Origin: Opitutales bacterium
GTDB taxonomy: Bacteria; Verrucomicrobiota; Verrucomicrobiia; Opitutales; JABSRG01
DNA length: 62,520 nucleotides
Direction of reading: 5' to 3'
Assembly: GCA_049599475.1 (NCBI GenBank)
Contig: JBMYOQ010000018.1
Location: forward strand, 1-62,520
The position numbers were made by a program, and so were the translations under genes. This document shows, in pieces, positions 1 to 9,355 of the stretch (the first letter of the stretch is position 1; each line of letters begins with the position of its first letter). Below the pieces are notes generated by a model. The model was given only the letters and a program-made list of their open reading frames with translations, was not told the DNA's origin and made no database searches.

Positions 1-605
1 ATACGACACCAGAAACAGATTTTGGCAGTGTTCAATTTTCGCTTACGGGGGCTACTACAGGAGGTCGCGGAGATAATAATCCAGACTACGAATTTAAGTC
101 ATGGAATCATGTCCCCGGCGATATCTACAAATATGGCGACCATACGCTCGTAATCACGCCTTACGATACCGACGATGTCGCTGGCACAGCGCTCACCGTA
201 AACATTAGCGTTACCAACAGTCAGCTGACGGACTACCAAATGTGGGAGAGTAATCACGCTATCGTCGGCCTAGCATCTGCGGATACCGATGGCGACGGGG
301 TAAAGAACTACTTCGAGTATTTGTCTGCCACGGACCCCAATGACCCCGTGAGCAAAGGCTTCAAGCTAGCAGCGAGTGCACAGTCGAGTGGGGCACCCGC
401 CATCATTGAATGGGCCGTAGCAGAGGGCTATGCAATTGGAGTGGATTACATCGTGGAAGCATCCGTAGACTTGTCTGAATGGGTGACGCTGGATCTATCT
501 GAATACACGGTTACAGATAGTGTAGAAGATGGCATGAGAACGGTGTCGATTGAGCTCCACAGTACTGGGTCGAAAAACTTCGTTCGATTGAGTCAACCAG
601 AATGA
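1..605 (+). CDS. 3' part of a secreted modular protein (gene starts upstream of the window): beta-sandwich module plus DxDGDG...FxRL C-terminal tail
   Basis: Frame 3 is open from base 3 (TTPETDFGSVQFSLTGATT...) into ORF 240..605. Bases 1-~296 are collinear with 13174-13469, and 288-602 are collinear with 9041-9355. Confidence 0.85.
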   Translation, partial: TTPETDFGSVQFSLTGATTGGRGDNNPDYEFKSWNHVPGDIYKYGDHTLVITPYDTDDVAGTALTVNISVTNSQLTDYQMWESNHAIVGLASADTDGDGVKNYFEYLSATDPNDPVSKGFKLAASAQSSGAPAIIEWAVAEGYAIGVDYIVEASVDLSEWVTLDLSEYTVTDSVEDGMRTVSIELHSTGSKNFVRLSQPE

Positions 606-671
606 GGATGGGGGCTAAATACGGGAAACGCGTGCTGCTTAGATCGTTTCTCAAAAATATTTTCGTTTACT

Positions 672-707
672 CCTGGGCACGCCGACGAGGATGTCGGGGC
701 TCCCAGG
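672..707. repeat. GC-rich palindrome, GGGAG-type REP-like element or transcript-stabilising hairpin
   Basis: cctggg...ccgac-gaggat-gtcgg...cccagg. Its reverse complement (ctgggagcccc...tcctc...) resembles ctgggaggggcgctgtcctcagcgccg at 9424. Confidence 0.4.
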
Positions 708-1005
708 GCAATATCACTGCATTTCTTGAAGGAAGAAAATGAGTCTGAATGCGAATGGGCTTTTGAGAAAGAATATAGGTATCAGAAAAAATATTTCGTG
801 CCTGCGGTTCGCGCAATGATTACCGCTCTGTGCAATCGTCCTATTCCACAATCGTGAAAGAGACGGAAATTTCTTGATCGGGAGGTGGCAGCCGCCTTGT
901 TGATTTTAGGGTGTCAATTTCATGATTTTCCGTAAAGTAGTGTGCGTTCGTGATATTTACTTCTCCAAGTATTATTTCCCAAGTCTAGGGATTTTTGGAT
1001 TTTAC

Positions 1006-1032
1006 GGTAGGGGCAAGCGTCCTCGCTTGACC
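1006..1032 (+). repeat. GTAG-type REP-like palindrome
   Basis: ggtaggggcaagcgtcctcgcttgacc is the reverse complement of 9566-9592 with 1 mismatch. Confidence 0.7.
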
Positions 1033-1315
1033 GTGTCTGCGTCCCTGCAGCGCATCCAAAGCTAATTACAGGTATATTAACGCAATTAATATAATGGTAC
1101 ATTGATCTCATCAATCGCAGCGGACATTGATCGCAATGCCCCGGATTTGCGAAACTTTTATTGAGAACTAATTATTGGTTGACGAAACAATTTTTGAATA
1201 AGAAGCGCGGGTAATATCGTATCGCCGAGGCAGCCGAACGGTGGCGGTCGTTGTTCTGGTAGCGGACGTATCGCCGGAGGTGCTGTAGAAATAGCGCTGA
1301 CTTAATGATTATTTA

Positions 1316-1345
1316 GGGTAGCGCGGCGCGTCTCTGCACCGCATC
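1316..1345 (+). repeat. GTAG-type REP-like element
   Basis: gggtagcgcg...gcaccgcatc has the same ends as the interrupted unit at 6330-6389. Confidence 0.5.
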
Positions 1346-1561
1346 TCGGGTCCTGTTGTAAAAAAGATTAACGAAATTTGTGCAGGTTTTGATGTCACAG
1401 GGATACAGAAGATTGCAGTAGGCTCTGCTGCTCACCTCCATCACCCCTAAACTCCTACCCAAGGTTACGCGGTTTGATCGTTTAATCACGCTCAAAGTAT
1501 CCTCATGACTATCACCATTCTTGTTCCCCCGAGACCTCTGGCGAAGCTCCCAAAATTCGAT

Positions 1562-4500
1562 ATGCAGAGATGCTCTTACTCTGCGTCCGCAGCACTGCTT
1601 TTGCTGTGCCTCGCAGTATTTTTACCGATTCATGCTCACGCTCAGCAATATGACTGGGAATCTGGTAACGGTGTACCCAACCAGAGTTGGAACCCTTCTC
1701 TTATCTATGAAGATTCGATCTTTGAGTTTATTCCAAATGATGAGCCTGACAATTTAGGGCATGCACGCGCCAGTATGATGGACGGGTATTTATTCGTCCC
1801 GACCTTCCTAGAACGAAACAGCGCAGGGGGAGAACTCGATATCTATGAGCTCGCGGATGCCAACGGCGACTTTGCTCCGAGATTGGTAAAGCGCATAACA
1901 GATTTTGGCGGGTCAAACCCCATCCGCGAGGCCCACGCTTACGGCACCACTTTTGTCGACGGTAAGCGCATCGTCGTGATGCAGGGTAAGGAAGGTATCG
2001 TGATATGGGATATGTCCGATTTGAAAAATAAAGACCCCCATGTGATCGGAAGAGTTACCTTGGATAGCGGCGTGGGTGGAAGAAATTACCAAGGCATTTG
2101 GTGGGTGTCCTTACAATACCCGTATGTGTATGCTACTGCGAATGGTAGCGGACTGTTCGTCGTCGATATCTCAGATTTGGACAATATCCAAACGACGAAT
2201 ATGAGTATAGATCAGATTGGAGGCTTCCGCGTAGGAGCAATCAATCTAGTGGGCGATTTCGCGGTGCTTACTTCGAACAGTAATACAAATGAAAACGCCT
2301 CAGCGGGAGGGGGCGCATGGGCGTTTATAGATACATCCGACCCTATGAACCCCAGCCTCATTCGTACCATGGGCAACGGTAACCGCGATGATTCGCAACC
2401 CGATGGCTACGGTGTGCTTGTAAACGGAGAACAGCTCTTGTGGGGGGGCCGTGGTGAATTTTTCATGAGTATGGATATTTCCGATCCAAACGCTTCGGAT
2501 CTGCCCTGGGGATTCGTTGATTTCAACGATTCAGATGTATTTGGTAATCAGAACGATCGCAACAACTCGGGCGGGTATGTAAATATCCAAGACAACTTTG
2601 CTTTTGTAGGGGCTCAAATGGATTCGGCCAAAATCGATATTTCCGATCCTGGAAATCCCGTTTTTGTGAGCGGTGGAAACGGGAGTCGTGGGATAGATGA
2701 GGACGTGCTCGATCACAATTTCGCGGTGCCTCTGGGAAACCTACTTTTTGCCTCCAACGACCGGACCAACGAAGGTAGCTATAGCGAGCTCCTCTATCAC
2801 GATTCCGAGCCTGATACAAAGGGGCCGGACGTGAATATGGTACGCCCTCAAAATGGCACAGAGAGCGTCCCCGTGACGACCGGTATTGGTTTGACCTTCA
2901 CCGATGAGCTCGAAGACCGCTCAATCCTCAATGGAGCGATTGAGTTGCGGCCAGTGGGTGGCAGCCCTGTGCCCATCTACTTGAGCTACCAGAGCGCCAT
3001 CGTCAATATTCGCCCACACAGTGACCTACAAGCCGGTGTCACCTACGAAGTGGTAGTCAATGAGGGCCTGGTAAAAGATGTTGTTGGAAATGGAGGATCC
3101 AGTTTTGTTTCTACCTTCACCACGGCAGGCACAGCCGTGCCGGACATTAGTGTGACTATTGCCGATCCCGAGCCCGCACTTGTCGGTGAAAACGTCACAT
3201 TCTCTGTAGATTCAGTTTCCGGTGTAGCCCCGCTGGAATTTCAATGGAGTTTCGGCGACGGTAATACGCTCGAATACGCCTCTGCGAATCAGAGCGTTAG
3301 CCATGTATATGGTGAAGCGGGTACATTCTCAGTAACGGTCACTGTGCGTGATGCTATCGGCCGAACCAGCAGCTACCAAGCACCTGTCGTCATAACCAAC
3401 CCCCTTGATGCATTCTCGCCAACGTATTCAAGCACGATCGCTTACAATGACGGAGACGGATTTTCATACAATGTGAATCCGGATAACGATACCGTCACCG
3501 TGATCGATGTAAGCAATGGGAATAAGGTCGCAGAGATCCCAGTCGGAGAAAATCCACGGACGCTTACTATCGCGCCGGACGGTCAAACAGTATGGGTCGC
3601 CAATGGGAATGGTGCGAGTATCAGTGTTATCGATACAGCGAGTCTTACCGTTAGCAGAACCATCGATCTGCCACGAGCATCACAGCCCTTCGGTATTACC
3701 TTCAATCCAAATGGCGCGGCCGTCTACGTCACCCTACATGCCACCGCGCAAGTGGTGCAGATTGATCCGACCGATGACAGCATGATCACCGTCGACATCC
3801 CTGGGAAACCCCGAGGAATCGCAGTCAGCGGCGATGCTGAGCGCATCTTTGTAACACGCTTTAAATCACCCGTCACGCTTCCCAACCAAGGCGGCGAAAC
3901 CGGAGCCGAAGTCTACGAGCTCTCGGCCAGTGATTTAAATGCGCAGCTCACCATTGATCTGCCTATCGATACAACATCCGCACAAAATTCCGTAAGTGGA
4001 CGCGGCATACCCAATTACCTCACTTCGATCGCAGTCTCTCCAGATGGCAACTTTGCTTGGGTGCCTTCGAAAAAGGACAACATACGCCGGGGCCACAATG
4101 GACTCGATCCCAATTCCTTGACCCACGAAAGCACCGTCCGGACGATCCTCACCAAGGTAGACTTGACGACCCACGAAGTCGTGGGCTTTACCGACTTTGA
4201 CAACAGCGACATGGCCAACGCAGTCGCGATCAGTCCCCTTGGAGATCTCATCTATGTCGCCTTCCAAGGCGTAAACAAGATCACCATTGTCAATGCCTCC
4301 AGCATGAGCCCACTCGTGGACTTCGCCACGGATTTTGCACCCCAAGGCATAGCGCTGACTCCAGACGGGCAGACCCTGCTGGTGCACAATTTCATGAGCC
4401 GGACGGTTCAGGTTATCGATGTCAGTGACAACCCAAGCCTCGAATCCACCACGGGCACTGTGGCAAACGAGAAACTCACCCCCTCCATACTGTTGGGTAA

Positions 4501-6181
4501 GCAGATCTTTTATAATGCGGACGACAACCGCATGAATCTCGAGGGCTATATGAGCTGCGCGACTTGTCACTTAGATGGCGGTTCCGATGGACGGGTATGG
4601 GATTTTACACAGCGCGGCGAGGGCTTCCGACGCTCCACGGATCTCCGTGGCCGCAGCGGTATGGCTCACGGCCCTGTGCACTGGTCGGGTAATTTCGACG
4701 AAATTCACGATTTCGAGAACGACATGCGCCTCCATATGAACGGCCAAGGATTCCTGACACCGGAAGATTTCGCGGCAAGCGAAGACCCTCTCGGTACGCA
4801 GAAGACAGGCTTGAGCCCTGAGCTCGATGCACTGGCAGCCTATGTATCGTCATTGACCGAAGCACCTGCCAGCCCTTACCGCGAGGCTGATGGGAGCCTC
4901 ACCGATAGTGCACTCGAAGGAAAACAAATCTTCATCGATATGAATTGTGCCACCTGTCACGCAGGCCCCCGTATGACTGACAGTGCGCTCAATCGATTCC
5001 ATCGCGTAGGCACGCTCAAGCAAACTTCGGGCAGCCGCCTCGGAGTGGATTTCGATGACGATGCTTTCATCGGCCTCGACACACCCACTCTCAAAGGCAT
5101 TTGGAGTAATGATAGCTTTGGCCATGATGGGGCGCGGGCATCCCTGAGCGAATTCATGGCTCAGGAAAACCACGGCGGCGCGGGCTTGCTGAGCCAGAGT
5201 GAACTGGACTCTCTGATTGACTACCTCAAACAAATCGACGAATCAGAAACCCCTGCGTATTTGAAATCCAGCGACGGCTTGATCGTCATCGAAGCCGAGA
5301 GCTTCGCAGCAGCAAATACTTCGGATACGCATTCTTGGGTGCCGTTTATCGACACAGTCAACAATGAGGGCATCGTGGGTGTTACAGCTTTTCCCAACGA
5401 CGGAACCTCCGAAGGCGGGTCTAGTGCTGAGACCTCCAGCCCGCGTTTGGACTACAAAGTCCACTTTACCCAGACGGGCACCTACTACCTATTTATCCGC
5501 GGATCAGCGGAAACGAGCGAAGATAACCATGTATATTACGGAAAAGACGGAGTCCTCGATCGCAGATTGAGTGTCAGTGCCGGTGCCGACGGCTACGTCT
5601 GGAGCACAGCTACTCGAACGATTGAAATTACCGAGACCGGGATACAGACCATCAACCTGTGGATGAGAGAGGACGGTATTAAGATCGACCAGATCTTGCT
5701 CACCACCGATTCAAGCTATACCCCTCCTGCGATTGGATTCTTAGAAAGTGCCACAGCTATCGATATTTCAGTAGAATATGCTAAATACACGGACTGGCTT
5801 GTTGCTTTCAACCACCAGGCAGGCGCCGATACGCACACTGAAGGAGACGCCGACGGAGGCCTACTTAACAATCTACTCGAATATGCATTCGGTGGAGACC
5901 CCAGCATCGCTACGGACGATGTCACCCTCTTTCCCCAAATGCATCAAGTCGAGGGCAGCTCGGAAATTATCTACAGCTACCTTGAGCATGACAATAAAGA
6001 TGAGATGGGGCTGTCATATATTGTCGAATACACCCATGCTTTAGATGATGTATGGACCCGTGACGGTGTGCAAATTATAGACGTCCAACCCGCGGATGGC
6101 GACTTCTCTGTAATCACCGTTTCACTCCCTGAATCTGTCACTGACGCCACCTTTATCCGCTGCCGTATCGAACTGAGATAA
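1562..6181 (+). CDS. Large secreted protein: LVIVD repeats, Ig-like (Big_5/SbsA), PKD, YVTN beta-propeller, di-heme cytochrome c peroxidase/MauG-like domain, CBM-like beta-sandwich, C-terminal tail
   Basis: ORF 1505..6181, with the likely start at ATG 1562 before a signal peptide (...LPIHAHA/Q). YVYATANGSGLFVVDIS and D[IT]SDPxNP repeats; WSFGDG PKD motif; VGENPRTLTIAPDG propeller; two CxxCH motifs (CATCH at ~4556 and ~4946); PVHWSG and TPTL...HDG motifs. Confidence 0.85.
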   Translation: MQRCSYSASAALLLLCLAVFLPIHAHAQQYDWESGNGVPNQSWNPSLIYEDSIFEFIPNDEPDNLGHARASMMDGYLFVPTFLERNSAGGELDIYELADANGDFAPRLVKRITDFGGSNPIREAHAYGTTFVDGKRIVVMQGKEGIVIWDMSDLKNKDPHVIGRVTLDSGVGGRNYQGIWWVSLQYPYVYATANGSGLFVVDISDLDNIQTTNMSIDQIGGFRVGAINLVGDFAVLTSNSNTNENASAGGGAWAFIDTSDPMNPSLIRTMGNGNRDDSQPDGYGVLVNGEQLLWGGRGEFFMSMDISDPNASDLPWGFVDFNDSDVFGNQNDRNNSGGYVNIQDNFAFVGAQMDSAKIDISDPGNPVFVSGGNGSRGIDEDVLDHNFAVPLGNLLFASNDRTNEGSYSELLYHDSEPDTKGPDVNMVRPQNGTESVPVTTGIGLTFTDELEDRSILNGAIELRPVGGSPVPIYLSYQSAIVNIRPHSDLQAGVTYEVVVNEGLVKDVVGNGGSSFVSTFTTAGTAVPDISVTIADPEPALVGENVTFSVDSVSGVAPLEFQWSFGDGNTLEYASANQSVSHVYGEAGTFSVTVTVRDAIGRTSSYQAPVVITNPLDAFSPTYSSTIAYNDGDGFSYNVNPDNDTVTVIDVSNGNKVAEIPVGENPRTLTIAPDGQTVWVANGNGASISVIDTASLTVSRTIDLPRASQPFGITFNPNGAAVYVTLHATAQVVQIDPTDDSMITVDIPGKPRGIAVSGDAERIFVTRFKSPVTLPNQGGETGAEVYELSASDLNAQLTIDLPIDTTSAQNSVSGRGIPNYLTSIAVSPDGNFAWVPSKKDNIRRGHNGLDPNSLTHESTVRTILTKVDLTTHEVVGFTDFDNSDMANAVAISPLGDLIYVAFQGVNKITIVNASSMSPLVDFATDFAPQGIALTPDGQTLLVHNFMSRTVQVIDVSDNPSLESTTGTVANEKLTPSILLGKQIFYNADDNRMNLEGYMSCATCHLDGGSDGRVWDFTQRGEGFRRSTDLRGRSGMAHGPVHWSGNFDEIHDFENDMRLHMNGQGFLTPEDFAASEDPLGTQKTGLSPELDALAAYVSSLTEAPASPYREADGSLTDSALEGKQIFIDMNCATCHAGPRMTDSALNRFHRVGTLKQTSGSRLGVDFDDDAFIGLDTPTLKGIWSNDSFGHDGARASLSEFMAQENHGGAGLLSQSELDSLIDYLKQIDESETPAYLKSSDGLIVIEAESFAAANTSDTHSWVPFIDTVNNEGIVGVTAFPNDGTSEGGSSAETSSPRLDYKVHFTQTGTYYLFIRGSAETSEDNHVYYGKDGVLDRRLSVSAGADGYVWSTATRTIEITETGIQTINLWMREDGIKIDQILLTTDSSYTPPAIGFLESATAIDISVEYAKYTDWLVAFNHQAGADTHTEGDADGGLLNNLLEYAFGGDPSIATDDVTLFPQMHQVEGSSEIIYSYLEHDNKDEMGLSYIVEYTHALDDVWTRDGVQIIDVQPADGDFSVITVSLPESVTDATFIRCRIELR

Positions 6182-6193
6182 ATTATGTTTAAG

Positions 6194-6542
6194 GGTAGGG
6201 AGGCCTGCCCTCAGGCCTCCGCAGCGTTTAAGCCAAATCCTGAGCCCTTCGTGGCGGACGGCTGGGGGCAGACGACGTATGTTCATCGGAGATGGCGAAG
6301 CAATGTCGCTACCTTAGGGATGATTTAAGGGGTAGCGCGCTGTGCATGTCCGCCGAAGTCTTGACGAAAGAGGGTCCCCGCACCGCATCCAGCGTTCAAG
6401 GCAGCGCCCTAGTCACCCCCTTCAACGCAATGCCGATCGGGGACCCTCCTTCGTCAAGACTTCGGCGGACATGCGATCAGCGCTACCTCTCCACAGCCTA
6501 ATTCGCCCTTAAGGTAGCGACATTGGGGCAGACGCCCCTACC
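6194..6542. repeat. Nested composite of REP/REPIN-like inverted repeats
   Basis: 37-bp inverted repeat 6344-6380/6438-6474 (1 mismatch); 16-bp inverted repeat 6301-6316/6510-6525; 10-bp direct repeat ggggcagacg at 6265-6274 and 6525-6534; outer GGTAG...CTACC ends. Confidence 0.85.
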
Positions 6543-6608
6543 TTTAGGCACCGCCGTCGAAAATAGTTTGAATCTCAAGACAGCGGCATTGCGCGATCTG
6601 GAGAGCCA

Positions 6609-6934
6609 ATCTCAGCGGGCATCTGGGCAGGTTGTTCTGTCCTGTCATAGCGCGATTTATGCAAACGAAAACTCAATTGAGATCCCGTTTGCGTTGTCGA
6701 AGTATTACTTCAAAGAAACTTTTTTGAAGCATTTGCCCCGTCCTAGAACAACAGTCGGTAGAGTCTATGAATCCTACCGAAGAATCCTTAGCTGAAGTAA
6801 AGCGCGAACCTCTCATTCGTACGGCGATGCGCTGGGAAAACGCCCAGATGGCGACTGCTTGCGGGATTCGATTCGACTGCGGGCTGGCTGAGGGTGCCTT
6901 TCAAGAGACTCTGATTTTGCTCAATCAAGAGTGG
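6609..6934 (+). repeat. Duplicated promoter plus ECF 5' segment (paralog at 9451-9912)
   Basis: Alignable to 9451-9486 plus 9623-9912; the 67 nt at 6709-6775 are identical to 9687-9753. Confidence 0.9.
6709..6766 (+). promoter_or_regulatory. Conserved candidate promoter/leader of the ECF cassette (copy at 9687-9744)
   Basis: Perfectly conserved between the two copies while flanking sequence diverges. Contains GAAAC...CGTC elements reminiscent of ECF promoters; the spacing is not decisive. Confidence 0.4.
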
Positions 6935-7240
6935 GGCGATGGTGAAGATCTACCTTCGATGAGTCATGCGATTTCAGAGCCAGATCAGGCAAAGATTGCG
7001 CGCTCGATTTCTATACCCCTAACGCGAGGAGGCCATTTCCACCCACGGACAAGTCTTTATTACTCCATAGAGGTCACTGATGCTGTCTCAGAATGGATGG
7101 GGAATCCTGATACGAATTTCGGTTTCTGTATCTCTGAGATCAGAAACCACGAGGAAGAGCGCTTCCAAAATAGTAGGCGAAATTTTGCTTCATCACGGAG
7201 CGAATGTCCTCCTCAGCTCATAATCCACGCCGTGGATTAG
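6767..7240 (+). pseudogene. In-frame chimera of the ECF sigma N-terminus (56 codons) and the anti-sigma DNRLRE C-terminus; internally deleted cassette
   Basis: Residues 1-56 align to the 9745 ECF (MNP[TS]EESLAEVKRE...AFQETLILLNQ.W). The 309 nt from TGG 6932 to the stop are collinear with 11421-11729 (YYSI[ED]VT...NFGFCISEI...FASSRSE.PPQL.IH.VD). Confidence 0.85.
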
Positions 7241-7294
7241 GGCTCTTTCTCTCTCACTAACCCCCTGATTACAAAACCCGACCTGCATTATCCA

Positions 7295-9355
7295 ATGATT
7301 GAAAGACTGTTGTTATGTTTACTCATCACGTTGATGCCCTATGCAACTGCATTTGCGAAAACCGCCCAAGACAGGGCGGACTATCCTGCCTTTGATCCGG
7401 GCACGGATTTGATACTGGCCCAATACGATTCCTTTGCAGATGCGGACGATATTCATGCGCAGGCTTCTTTCGGTAGTATGCTGCTACATCCCGATCTAGA
7501 CGGGGTAAACGCCTATGCCGTATTGGGGGCTACTGGAGATCAGGATGCGGAGGTGTTCCGAGATTCATCTGCGCTGATGGAGCTCATTTATGGTCCTCAG
7601 GGAGACGACACATGGACTCTTGCCTGGGATGGTCGTCTGGTCGAAGGGACGAATTGGCAGCGCTCGGTCAGCCGGGTAGCTGCTAAGGCGAAGGCTACTC
7701 TATTGGCAGGCGGCGATGTATTTATTGCGGAGGCAGGTCAGTCAAACATCACCGCAGATTGGATACAGGCCCTGATCGATGATGGTGTTTCTGAAACGCT
7801 CATTAAATCAAATGTCGTAGTCGTGCAGCACAGCTCGTGGAACGAGAACCATACCACCGCTTCCGATCTCAGCTTTGTTCAAAGTAAAGCGAGTTACATA
7901 AAAATTGATGATGGTAATACCCACACAAATGGAAATCGAAATAAGACTCCTGGTTATCGAAGTGAGGTAGACCCCGATAAATATGAGCGGTTTTGGATGG
8001 AAGAGGCCCTCGATCTCGAAAACCCCAATACTCAGGCTAGAGCTCTTTGGGAACTCGCAGCGCAAATTATCCATGACTCAGGCTGGACAGAACCGAAACC
8101 CTACAACCCGATTCCTGATGGGGTCGATTTTTCCGACAATGTAGAGGTTTGGTGGATTTTAGCTCTGAACGATACAGCCGATACATTGCGCAAATTTTGG
8201 GATCGCTATGTGGTAAATAAGGTGGATACCCCAGGAGACGTCGTCCCTCCATCGGGACCATCCGTCGAATCTTTCACTTTGGTCAATGCCACGACTAATC
8301 AGCCAGTGGACGGCTTTGATCCTATCCCGGATAATGCGATTATCAATACAGGGGATATTGGCACGACAAACCTAAATATTCTGGCGAATGTTGAGCCAGA
8401 TGATGATTTCGGCAGCGTGGTATTCAGCCTGTCTGGAACGGAAGTGCATAATCAAACGGAAAGTGTTATGCCATTCGTGCTCTTTGGAGACGCTGGTAGT
8501 GGAGATTATAATGACAATACATTCGATAACGGAACCTACACACTCGCTGCGACTCCGTATGATGAGAATGGCGGAAATGGCAATGCTGGCGAAACAGTGA
8601 CCATCCAGTTTACCATTACCGACCAAGTCGGACCAATTCTGCCCGAGGTGCTTTCAGTTTCGGTGGGGGGAATCGCTGAATTTGACGGTATTACAGGATC
8701 CTTTACTTGGGATACGAGCATTCACGGAAGTCCTGATTTTACGATTACAGCAAATACATCGATTGCAGGTGATTTCGGAAGCGTGAATTTTTCGCTATCG
8801 GGAGCGTCGGAGAAAGAAAGAAGCGACAAAAGTCCCGCGTGGAAGCTCAATGGAAAAAGTCATCTTCCAGATGATAAATTTAATTACGGAGACCACTTTT
8901 TGGAGATTACACCTTACCTGGCTGATGGGAGTCCTGGTGTCGGACTTACCATCAACTTTACCGTAGAAGATAGCGTAAGAATCGCCTATGAAACGTGGAA
9001 GGCGAGCCACGGCCTGACCAATCCCACTGTAGAAGATGCCGATGGTGACGGCGTGAAGGATTTCTTTGAGTATTTGTCTGACTCAGATCCCAACGACCCT
9101 TCAAGTAAGGGCTTTAAGCTCGCGGCGAGTGCACAGTCGAGTGGGGCACCCGCCATCATTGAATGGGCCGTAGCAGAGGACCATGCAATCGGATTGGATT
9201 ACATCGTGGAAGCATCCGAAGACTTGTCTGAATGGGTGGCACTGGATCCATCTGATTACACGCTTACAGAGAGTGTAGAAGATGGCATGAGAACGGCGTC
9301 GATTGAGCTCCACAGTAATAGCTCCAAAAACTTCATACGACTCAGCCAACCCTAG
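7295..9355 (+). CDS. Secreted modular protein: uncharacterised N-terminal alpha/beta domain with a DxxxDxDD motif, two beta-sandwich modules, C-terminal tail
   Basis: Signal peptide (…ATAFA/K); YDSFADADDIH, AEAGQS, VVQHSSWNE and IDDGN motifs. Module 8270-8623 is shared with 12495-12848; the tail is shared with 288-602. Confidence 0.85.
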   Translation: MIERLLLCLLITLMPYATAFAKTAQDRADYPAFDPGTDLILAQYDSFADADDIHAQASFGSMLLHPDLDGVNAYAVLGATGDQDAEVFRDSSALMELIYGPQGDDTWTLAWDGRLVEGTNWQRSVSRVAAKAKATLLAGGDVFIAEAGQSNITADWIQALIDDGVSETLIKSNVVVVQHSSWNENHTTASDLSFVQSKASYIKIDDGNTHTNGNRNKTPGYRSEVDPDKYERFWMEEALDLENPNTQARALWELAAQIIHDSGWTEPKPYNPIPDGVDFSDNVEVWWILALNDTADTLRKFWDRYVVNKVDTPGDVVPPSGPSVESFTLVNATTNQPVDGFDPIPDNAIINTGDIGTTNLNILANVEPDDDFGSVVFSLSGTEVHNQTESVMPFVLFGDAGSGDYNDNTFDNGTYTLAATPYDENGGNGNAGETVTIQFTITDQVGPILPEVLSVSVGGIAEFDGITGSFTWDTSIHGSPDFTITANTSIAGDFGSVNFSLSGASEKERSDKSPAWKLNGKSHLPDDKFNYGDHFLEITPYLADGSPGVGLTINFTVEDSVRIAYETWKASHGLTNPTVEDADGDGVKDFFEYLSDSDPNDPSSKGFKLAASAQSSGAPAIIEWAVAEDHAIGLDYIVEASEDLSEWVALDPSDYTLTESVEDGMRTASIELHSNSSKNFIRLSQP

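Noticed and set aside
606..1504. Short ORFs (920..1114, 1313..1495) or a RAYT transposase remnant in the long intergenic region
   Set aside because: They run through REP palindromes, and no HUH or other recognisable motif was found.
6523..6795. Similar ORFs 6523..6795 and 9564..9800 (HSAIYANE...KHLPRPRTTVGRVYES) as a small gene family
   Set aside because: The similarity is explained by the duplicated promoter region; their N-termini derive from REP sequence and they overlap the ECF start out of frame.
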